A stretch of DNA of 63,981 nt, the filler included, from Octopus bimaculoides (Eukaryota): assembly GCF_001194135.2 (NCBI RefSeq). It is 9 parts of 7 records of this genome, joined end to end, with 100 filler letters (N's around TTAATTAATTAA, not from the genome) between each part and the next. Parts side by side here need not be neighbours in the genome. Positions count along the whole stretch, not along the records: positions 46,886 to 54,552 come from NC_068987.1; positions 54,653 to 59,753 come from NC_068990.1; positions 59,854 to 62,164 come from NC_068990.1; positions 62,265 to 63,981 come from NC_069003.1; 5 more parts are not named here. One strand, given 5' to 3'. Position numbers and translations under genes: made by a program. The notes below the pieces were generated by a model. The model worked only from the letters and a program-made list of their open reading frames with translations, did no database searches and was not told the origin of the DNA. Of this stretch, positions 53,983-63,981 are shown piece after piece; position 1 is the stretch's first letter; the number at the start of each line of letters is the position of its first letter.

Positions 53983-54337
53983 ACTCATACCTCGGTACTA
54001 CGGTCTCCCCTTAACGGATTTTAGAAGCAGCGGACAAAATCATGATGCATCAACAACACCTCTTTACTATCCATGGTAAGTCTGATTTTAAATTGAAAAT
54101 GTTGAATTTACTGTATTATAGTGTATATTTACAGTGTACAGATTTTTTTACACTGTCAGATTGGATAGTGTACTTGATTAAGATTACAGTACTATATTTA
54201 TTCCACTGGCTTTCGTAATGTAATTGTTGATATTAGCCACTCCTAACGTAACCTAATCTTAGTGTCGGTACCTAGGGACAATCGGTTTCATCGGACCGAT
54301 GTTCCCTACCTTTAGTTCGTAGTACCGAGGTATGAGT
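53983..54337. mobile_element. MITE with perfect 20-bp TIR
   Basis: actcatacctcggtactacg (53983-54002) / cgtagtaccgaggtatgagt (54318-54337). Confidence 0.85.
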
Positions 54338-54652
54338 GTGTGTGTATTTTATTATGTTTATTATGGTAGTTTTGACTTTAAGAGTCCCTCCTAGCGTGAG
54401 GCATTTATGCATAGTAATGCCTTTAATATAAATAAATATATTTAAAGGGAATTATTAATCATTTTTCCCTTATGAGGTTTTTCACGCTAACTACTTGATA
54501 AATTCTTATAAAGATTTTATCTTATTTAAAAATTATATATATATATATATATNNNNNNNNNNNNNNNNNNNNNNNNNNNNNNNNNNNNNNNNNNNNTTAA
54601 TTAATTAANNNNNNNNNNNNNNNNNNNNNNNNNNNNNNNNNNNNNNNNNNNN

Positions 54653-54688
<36 letters not shown>

Positions 54689-55882
54689 CATATATATGTT
54701 ATATTATATTATATGGATATACACGCACACACGCACGCACATACTCACGCGCGCACACACGCACGCACACACACGTACACACATGCACACACAAACACAC
54801 ACAAACACACATATATGCAGTAGATTCAATGACTCAGTGGAAATGGTAAGCAATTATTAGCATTATTTTATCGATTGTGGTGAAATACCAAACTTTGTGA
54901 CCAAATGCTCGGCTTTTGATAAATATTTCAAACTCTAACCTAATGCTAAATAAATGATGGATTGGGACAGAATAGATCGAAAGTAGATCCTGTATGTCCT
55001 GTTTTTGTTACCAAATTTGACCCTCCGCAAATCCCAAATATTATTTTGGTTCGCGGGAGCAACTGCCTTCAAAGTCTTATCTTGTCGTTCATTGCTCGAA
55101 ATAAGGAGTAGAAGGACATCCCACAACTGATGAAGGGTCGTTTTTTTATNNNNNNNNNNCATATACATATATACACATGATTGAATTTCACCAGGGTTAT
55201 AGTAGAAGACATTTGCCCAACGTGCCACGCAGTGGTACTGAACCCGGAACCATGTGGTTGTAAATTGAGCTTCATAATAACACAGTCATACCTACACCTA
55301 TACAAACATTCTTTCGTATGTAAACAGCAGACTGTTATATAGCTTTTAGCTACAGCAGCAACCAGGAAACGTCAAAGATGGAGCTCCCAGATTACAGCTG
55401 CGTGCGTATAGCGTTTAAGATATGCAACAAATATGGAGAACATTCATTTTTTTTTCCTCTTTCTTTCTTCTTTTCTTTTTGTGTCAAGGGCCATATGAGA
55501 TCGGACATTACTGACGATTCACAGCCATGCTGTACGCCCACCTTATCCCGAATTTAACAAGGAAGGACATTTTGTTTTGCTACAGCACTTTGTTATTACT
55601 TCTTTGGTTTCTTTGTTTATATTTTCTATTGTTTATTATAGTTTGTTATTTTTTCTTTTGTTAATATTATTTTGATGAATATCTCAAGAATGTCTCTATG
55701 TTGCATTAATTCAATGAGAAGCTATGTTGTTTCCATTGTGTGACGCACATTAAAACACAATTACTGGCGCATATAATATTCTATCTTCCTTCCTCTCTAT
55801 TCCGTTCTCTTACCCCTCTCTCTTTGTCCCTCTTTCTTATAAATATGTGTGTGGGTGTGTATGTCTGTGTTTGCGATAGTGA

Positions 55883-55985
<103 letters not shown>

Positions 55986-56685
55986 NNNNNNNNNNNNNNN
56001 NNNNNNNNNNNNNNNNNNNNNNNNNNNNNNNNNNNNNNNNNNNNNNNNNNNNNNNNNNNNNNNNNNNNNNNNNNNNNNNNNNNNNNNNNNNNNNNNNNNN
56101 NNNNNNNNNNNNNNNNNNNNNNNNNNNNNNNNNNNNNNNNNNNNNNNNNNNNNNNNNNNNNNNNNNNNNNNNNNNNNNNNNNNNNNNNNNNNNNNNNNNN
56201 NNNNNNNNNNNNNNNNNNNNNNNNNNNNNNNNNNNNNNNNNNNNNNNNNNNNNNNNNNNNNNNNNNNNNNNNNNNNNNNNNNNNNNNNNNNNNNNNNNNN
56301 NNNNNNNNNNNNNNNNNNNNNNNNNNNNNNNNNNNNNNNNNNNNNNNNNNNNNNNNNNNNNNNNNNNNNNNNNNNNNNNNNNNNNNNNNNNNNNNNNNNN
56401 NNNNNNNNNNNNNNNNNNNNNNNNNNNNNNNNNNNNNNNNNNNNNNNNNNNNNNNNNNNNNNNNNNNNNNNNNNNNNNNNNNNNNNNNNNNNNNNNNNNN
56501 NNNNNNNNNNNNNNNNNNNNNNNNNNNNNNNNNNNNNNNNNATATATTATACATATATATGTATACATAAATATATATGCATACACATATTCATCCATAT
56601 AGACACACACGCATATATGTGTATCAAATTATATATAATGTATATTGTAAGTATGATATATATATGTGTGTGTGAGTGTGTGTAC

Positions 56686-56728
<43 letters not shown>

Positions 56729-57327
56729 AATTCTTATTACTTCCTTATATGTAAATATTCCTGTAAATATTTCTGCATTTGTGCGTCTGAAACAGTTTGT
56801 TCATGTTTGTTCATAACTGACAGTATGTGGCTACACATACACTCATACTTTCACACGTGTGTGTATGCGAGTGTGCGTGTGTGTGTGCGCGCGTGAGTGT
56901 GTCCGCGTGTGAATGGGCGCATGTGTACAAGTGTTTTTATACATTTTTTCTCTAAATATGTTTCTTCATTAAAGCATTTATATAAATAGTTTACATAAAG
57001 CATATGAATATATGTACATAACAACAACAGCAACAACAACAACAACAACAAAAATAACAACAGCAACTACAACAACAACCAAAGCAACAACAGCAATAAT
57101 AAGAAGAACAGTGATAATCTGTATCACGCCACTTTTAACTTAACAATGTATGATACTTGTGAATCGGCTGTCTGAAAAATTTTTAAATATTTTCTTTAAA
57201 CACTGGACTGAAGTGTTATATTTCTCAAGTAAATTCCTTGGGAATCCAAAGCCGCGAGTATTTCGTGAAAAGAATCCATCTTCACTTTTCGCTGGGTTAT
57301 TGTTGTTTAGTTCGCTGTCATCTCTGA

Positions 57328-57852
57328 TTAGGCAGAACTTGCGAGAATCAAAACAAGGATACGTATGTTCGTTATTAACACTTTCGCCAGATTTGAATGA
57401 CAACATGGCTTTTCCTTGTTGGATTTCGATTTTGGAGAACTAATTCTCCCTGTAGACGACGTGTATGAGAAATGAATTTGTTCCAGTGATGTCAGGGGTC
57501 TATCAGGCACCAGTATTTCGACTTTGTTGTGTCTCCTCAGTGATAGGCAACACCCAGAACACTGGAACTAGAAGTAAATAACAGTCGCTATCAATTAAAA
57601 CATGTATACAAAACATTCGCTGATATCTGCTAAGCTCTGCTAAGCTCTGCCAAGCTGATATCAAATCATTATCGGCAAGCAAAACAGTGAGAATCAGAAC
57701 AATAGCATGCATATCCATTCCTAGACGTGAAATAATTTCCCTCAACTTACACTATAGGGGTTCAGGAAAGGACATGCCATATCATCTAATTGATGACATA
57801 CTTCCAAAAAGGCAGGATTGTCATAACTTGAATATACTTCATCATAATCCTC
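57328..57852 (-). other. Candidate host exons (57751-57852 and 57328-57567)
   Basis: AG/GTAAGT-bounded 102-nt frame EDYDEVYSSYDNPAFLEVCHQLDDMACPFLNPYS joins in phase 0 to FQCSGCCLSLRRHNKVEILVPDRPLTSL...; no homology recognised. Confidence 0.3.
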
Positions 57853-58392
57853 CTAAATCTGAGCTGATCTACAGTTAAACACCAGCAGCTGCAGCAACAA
57901 CTCATTGTGCATAAGAGAGAAAGAGACATTTATATGAACCGCAAGAAATAGCAACTAAATCGCCGTTCAATCAAAACCGATCGCTATAAAAAAAGTAAGT
58001 GCACATTGCACTCATAAGAAGGCTGAATGGTCACGGTTCGATCAGAACTAACCTACGATCACATCAAAGCAATAATTCAATGAGGTAAATCACATATCTA
58101 GAAAAGAAAAATTACGTTTTATCAAATGGCTCTATAATCATGCTATAACTATGTTTCTTATTTGTAATGTCTTTATATTGTTGATTTTTAATTATTCATA
58201 ATAATTACTTAAATGAATTGTATTTTGCAAGAGAAAAGGTATAAATTATGCTTACAAGCCAGTATACAAATTTGCACTATATTCCGAAAAGCAAGTACTG
58301 TTGCTATGACGCGAAAAAAGCAGACAATATTAAACAGATGTATATTTTATATTTTTGTTTTATTCAAATATATATATATATCTTTCTTTCTT

Positions 58393-58492
<100 letters not shown>

Positions 58493-59009
58493 TATATATA
58501 GTAGTATAAATGTAAATGCACAGCTGAAATAAATTTGCTTTTCAACAATTATCAAAGATTATCAACAACAGCTGTTAACAAATTGCACATGGCTGAAGAT
58601 AAAGGAGTGCTTTCCTTGAGCCACTACGTAGTTCATCGACCAAATATCCTCCAAATCACATCTTACAGTTTTAAAAATCGAAGAGCAGATTATGCATGTC
58701 TGTGTATGTATGTATATGTGTATGTATGTATGTATGTATGCATGTATGTATGTATGTATGTATGCATGTATGTATGTATGTATGTATGTATGTATGTATG
58801 TATGTATGCATGTATGCATGCATGTATGCATGTATGTATGTATGTGTGTATGTGTGTATGTATGTATATATGTATTTATGTATGTATGTATGTATGTATG
58901 GATGGATGGATGGATGGATGGATGCATGCGTATGTGTATGTATGTATGTATTTATGGATGACTAGATGTATGCATGCATGTGTGTATGCATGTCTGTATG
59001 TCATTGTTC

Positions 59010-59110
59010 AGTTTTATTTCAAGATTTTTTGCCAACATAGAAAGAGCCGGTTTCTAACCTAGATCCAAAGCGCTTTCATTAGAATTTCAACATCAACAAC
59101 AGGGTATTTT
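59010..59110 (-). mobile_element. Short LINE-like 3' end next to a long (TATG)n array
   Basis: Matches 51893-51985. Confidence 0.6.
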
Positions 59111-59716
59111 CGTTTGTATGTATGTATGTGTGTATGTATGTATGCATATATGTATTCAGATTTATATGTTTTGCTTTATGAATGTATTTTTATGCATCTA
59201 GTTGAATATCTAGACGTGCCCATATATATTTAAATGATAAACTTCTGGAAAATTTTACAGATTTTTACAGTTCTAGTGATGGATTGGATCTGTAGTCTTC
59301 AAATTGCCTTACTCCGCTCTGGTTTTGGGAAGCCTCATATTTAGGCAGTGTGTTACATAGCCAAGGGTCCCAATAATTACTGGAATAAATCTAAACTTGT
59401 AATGTATGCATTTTGAATCTGTATTTCTAAACTAAACTATTTGTACGTATACACAGAAAAACACAGAAACTAATATGTGTGTGGAGAAACTTCTATCAAC
59501 CAGGATTATCTCGAAAAGTTGTATATTTTTGACCGTATATATATGCTTGTATGTATGATTTAACACTTAAAAGGAAGTTTTTGTCTTAAAAGAGGTGAAA
59601 CGCTGATTTTTACAACCCTTCCTTCGTTATTCATCTATCACCCCAACTATCCGACGAACGGGAACGTAAAACTCCGAGTAACAGTTTTTTATGATATTTC
59701 TGCTGCTTTTAATAAA

Positions 59717-59753
<37 letters not shown>

Positions 59754-60764
59754 NNNNNNNNNNNNNNNNNNNNNNNNNNNNNNNNNNNNNNNNNNNNTTA
59801 ATTAATTAANNNNNNNNNNNNNNNNNNNNNNNNNNNNNNNNNNNNNNNNNNNNTATATATATACAAGAATAAGGGCAGAGAATCGTCAATTAATAATAGA
59901 ATTAATAATCAACAATTCTGCCAAGTAGTTCAGTATGAAAAAAACCTTTATCGGTAAGACTATTTATCATTATAAATATACAGGGATTAGCAATTGAGTT
60001 GCTTCTCCAACATACTGAACATTTAGAAATAGCAGTCAAAATATATATATATATGTATGTATGTATGTATGTATATAAACAATGTAGAAGAGGCTGTTTG
60101 GCAGACTTGCTAGAGAGTCGGATAGATTATTGTATGATAGTCGTTCCGGTTCGTTACGTGCTGAGTTCAAATCCAGCCGAGGTCAACTTTACCTTCCGTT
60201 CTTCTCTTTCTTTCAGTCTCTCTTTTTCTGGAGAGGATATGGCTCCGCCGAATTTAAAAGTACTTGTATATCACAATTACGCCCCATTTCGCTATCAAGG
60301 AAATATAGTTCATGGCGCATATTATGTATAGACTGATTGATATAAATATATACATAAACGTTTAAGTAGACGTGCTTATTGATGTATATGTACATTATAT
60401 ATCATTAACACACACATATATAAATTATAAAATCAATTTCTATCTTATATGGAAACTATCAGCATTTACCATTGTTATTGTACTTTAATATTTGTTGCTA
60501 ATTATATGTGTGTATTTATACACAGACATACATCTATATACACAGAGATACGAATATAAATATATATTTGTGTTTGACGAGAAACAGAGCAGAGCTAAAA
60601 TGTTCACTTGGAAGTACTCGACAATCGAAACCGTATCATACAGATCATAAAGTAGTCTAAAGAAATGAGGCGCGACCACAACGCATTAACAGCCATGGAC
60701 GTAATTTAGAATAAATAGCAAAATGTATTTTCATTACAATAACACTAACGAATAAAGGTGGCGA

Positions 60765-60930
60765 TTTGGCTGAACCGTTAGCACGCCGGGCAAAATAAAT
60801 ATTAAGCAGCATATCGTTCGTCTTTACTTTCTGAGTTCAAACTCCGCCGTGATTGACTTTACCCTTCATTCCATTCGACTTACCTACTTTCTCGAAATTG
60901 CTGGCCTTCTGCTAAAATTTGAAGCCAATA
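60765..60930 (+). mobile_element. SINE family A copy
   Basis: ggctgaaccgttagcacgccggg...gagttcaaactccgccg. Confidence 0.85.
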
Positions 60931-61188
60931 ACAGCGACGAATAAAAAATATATTATATTTACAATTTTTACAATGAATATAAGATTTATACGAAATAGAG
61001 GATTCTTCGAATAGATGTGTTTCGTTTTTCTTACATATTGGATTGAAGTTAAACCGTTTAGGTACAAACTGTTATACAGATGTCATATACACACACACAC
61101 ACACATATATATATGTATATATATAAAGGTATGTAGAAATATATATATATTTATCTATACACATATAAATAAACACACACACACACAT

Positions 61189-61228
<40 letters not shown>

Positions 61229-61256
61229 NNNNNNNNNNAAACACACACACACACAT

Positions 61257-61312
<56 letters not shown>

Positions 61313-61449
61313 CATATGTATACCTGTACATAGGTATGTACGTGTGTGTATATATATGTATGTACATATAAACATAGACACACACATGAATACATCTACA
61401 CAGAAACACACTTACGTAATCAGAGGTATGGGAATAAAATGAAACAGAT

Positions 61450-61677
61450 AATTGTGATGACGACGATGACGATGACGGGAGTATTGATGATGGTGACGAT
61501 GGTAATTAAGATGACGACGATGGTAATTAAGATGACGACGATGATTGTGGTGATGGAACTGGCGGTTGTTGGCGCTGGCGGTGGTAAGCGCGATGGTGAT
61601 ATCGACGTATTGGTAACATCGGTACCTGAACGCTGATGACAATGATGACGATGATGCTGATGATTTACTACGACGAT

Positions 61678-61717
<40 letters not shown>

Positions 61718-61839
61718 GTGGTGGTGGTGGTTGCAACAAAGTGAGGCTGCGAGTTATCTTGGCGGTTTTATTGCATTGGCACGCAATCTGTTTATGTATG
61801 CATTGATTGCTCCATTATGCTACAGATGATGGCAGCAGC

Positions 61840-61892
<53 letters not shown>

Positions 61893-62133
61893 AGGTGACT
61901 GTTTTTGTAGTGACGGTGGTAGGGTGGGGGTGGGTGGCGGTTGCTAGTGATGATGATGATGATGATGATGATGATAATGATGATGGTAGTAAAGGCGTTG
62001 GTAGTAGTAGTAGTAGTAGTAGTAGTAGTTGTTGTTGTTGTGCAGGTGGTAGTGGCGGTGGTGATCATGATGATGATAATGAGGATGAGGATGATGATGA
62101 TGATGACGATAGCGGTGGTGGTGGTGGTGATGA

Positions 62134-62164
<31 letters not shown>
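61450..62164. repeat. Mosaic trinucleotide microsatellite (GAT/GAC/TAA/GGT/AGT)
   Basis: Direct reading. Confidence 0.9.
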
Positions 62165-62355
62165 NNNNNNNNNNNNNNNNNNNNNNNNNNNNNNNNNNNN
62201 NNNNNNNNTTAATTAATTAANNNNNNNNNNNNNNNNNNNNNNNNNNNNNNNNNNNNNNNNNNNNTATATATATATATTATGTATGTATGTATGTATGTAT
62301 ATGTGTGTGTGTATGCGTGTATCTGTGTCTGTGTGAATGTACGTATATGTATATA

Positions 62356-62576
62356 CATGAGGGGGTACTGAAAAGCTCTTGGCTTTAAGGGTATCGGGAA
62401 AGGCCTGGCTGGAAGCCCAACCTCCTGAGTTATTTTATAGAGCTTACAAAAACCGAAAGATCGTTGCAAGACGTGTGTGTATCTGAGAAGGGAGTATGTT
62501 GAATAAAATCACAATTAACTGATCCTCCTGTATCTTCTTTTACCCAAAGCCAGGAACTTTTCAGCATCCCTTCGTG
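62356..62576 (+). mobile_element. Mariner-derived MITE
   Basis: ~31-bp imperfect TIRs catgagggggtactgaaaagctcttggcttt / aaagccaggaacttttcagcatcccttcgtg; left TA; internal SLQKPKDRCKTCVYLRREYVE* resembles a mariner C-terminus. Confidence 0.85.
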
Positions 62577-62629
62577 TGTGTGTGTGTGTGTGTGAGTGAG
62601 TGTGTATATATTCTATATATATATATATA

Positions 62630-62980
62630 TGTAAAAGACAGATTCTGTCCGTTTGATGGTTTGTCCAACAAAATGAAACTAAATGGTTCAGGGGAAGCTA
62701 TTATGCTATTGCCTAATTTGTCTCAACAAAATTCTGCAATGGTATAAGATTAATTGTACACCAACTTATGAAGAACTGCATTGAAGCAAATATTCTCACT
62801 GGTTATGCTAAAGATGATACTGTCTTCGTTTCTCGCATACCAGTTATGCCATCTAACGTCCCATTCCAGTTTAAGCCGTTACAGTTTCCTATCTCACTTT
62901 CTTTTGCCATGGGCATTAATAAATGTCAGGGTCAAACACTAAAACTTACTGAATTGCAACTTGAAGAACATATCTATTTA
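62630..62980 (+). mobile_element. Helitron PIF1-like helicase fragment, copy 1
   Basis: IEANILTG...VFVSRIP..PSNVPFQFK.LQFP..LSFAMGINKCQGQTLK. Confidence 0.9.
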
Positions 62981-63109
62981 AATGAAGTGTGTTATATAAT
63001 TGCCATTACTGTATTCATATATATAATAACGAATAAAACTCACTTATTATTATCATATAATAAACAAAGAGAAGTTCGTGTATGAAGTTTATTTTTTTTC
63101 TACTTCAAT

Positions 63110-63825
63110 TTTTATATGAGATCGAGGCTTTCAAAAGATCAATCAGCCGAACTATTTGCAGAGCAGCTTTTGAAACTCGGTGAAGGGAGAGTTCCAATTG
63201 ATGAAGAACAGTTTCTTACACTCAATCAATTATGTAATTCAACTGATTCCGTCGATGATTCGGTGGGTGAAATCTTTCCTAATCTTCTTCATAATTGCAA
63301 CAATACAGTTTGGATCTGTGTACATCGTATTAATAATATGCTATTGAATAAACTTCCGGCAGAATTATTCTGGGAGAAGTATTGTTAACTAATCCATCGA
63401 ATTTTTGAACTCACTAGAACTACCAGGTACAGCTCCTCATTGTCTTCACCTGACAAAATGGGACTCCTATTATACTATTGCGTAATTTGTCTCAACCAAA
63501 ATTATGCAATGGTACAAGATTAATTGTGCACAAACTTACGACGAAGTGCATTCAGTCAAATATTCTCACTGGTTGTGACAAAGCTAAGACCGTCTCCATT
63601 CCTCGCATACCAATTATACCATCTAATGTCCCATTCCAATTTAAGCGGTTACAGCTTCCTATCCGTCTTTCTTTTGCCATGAGCATTAATAAAAGTTGGG
63701 GCCAAACTTTGAAAGCTGATAGATTGCAACTTAGAGAACCATGCTTTTCACATGGCCAACTTTATGTTCGAGCATCACGTGTGGAAGCAAAAGCAAATCT
63801 TTTTGCGTATGCACCCCCGAAATAA
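63110..63825 (+). mobile_element. Helitron PIF1-like helicase fragment, copy 2
   Basis: FAEQLLKLGEG, LRNLSQPKLCNGTRL, IPRIP..P...PFQFKRLQLPIRLSFAMSINKS.GQTL, PCFSHGQLYV.ASRV. Confidence 0.95.
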
Positions 63826-63981
63826 AACAAAAACACATTGTTTATAAAGAAATATTCACCCTTAATCCAACATGAATACTTCAATAACTTAATTTGCCAT
63901 TACTATCATTACATTCAAGAATAAGTAAGTTACCTACTTAAATGGAGAGTATTATGCAATTGCCATTGCTGTATTGATAAA

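Overview
Repeat-dense, AT-rich eukaryotic window with many N gaps and no recognisable intact host gene or autonomous element. The microsatellite load, tRNA-type SINEs and TTAGGG repeats suggest an octopus or other coleoid cephalopod; this is inference only. All identifiable coding remnants are decayed transposons: two R4/Dong-like RLE LINEs, a CR1-like LINE, RTE fragments, three Penelope-like (PLE) fragments, a Tigger/pogo transposase, two Tc1/mariner remnants, two Helitron helicase fragments and a probable Gypsy RNase H scrap. There are also MITEs and dozens of SINE copies. Most notable: (1) a minimal hammerhead ribozyme with an intact core at 26929-26984, with a second, oppositely oriented degenerate one at 26291-26346; (2) a 566-bp fold-back element with an 8-bp TSD and inverted telomere repeats at its centre (18266-18831), plus a relative at about 36.4-37.0 kb; (3) a spacerless palindrome of about 1.25 kb (23550-24812); (4) a Penelope copy with an inverted copy of its own 3' end; (5) retroelements embedded in TAA/TACA microsatellites. 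A few possible host exons are flagged at low confidence. All translations and alignments were done by eye, and boundaries are approximate unless a TIR or TSD is quoted.
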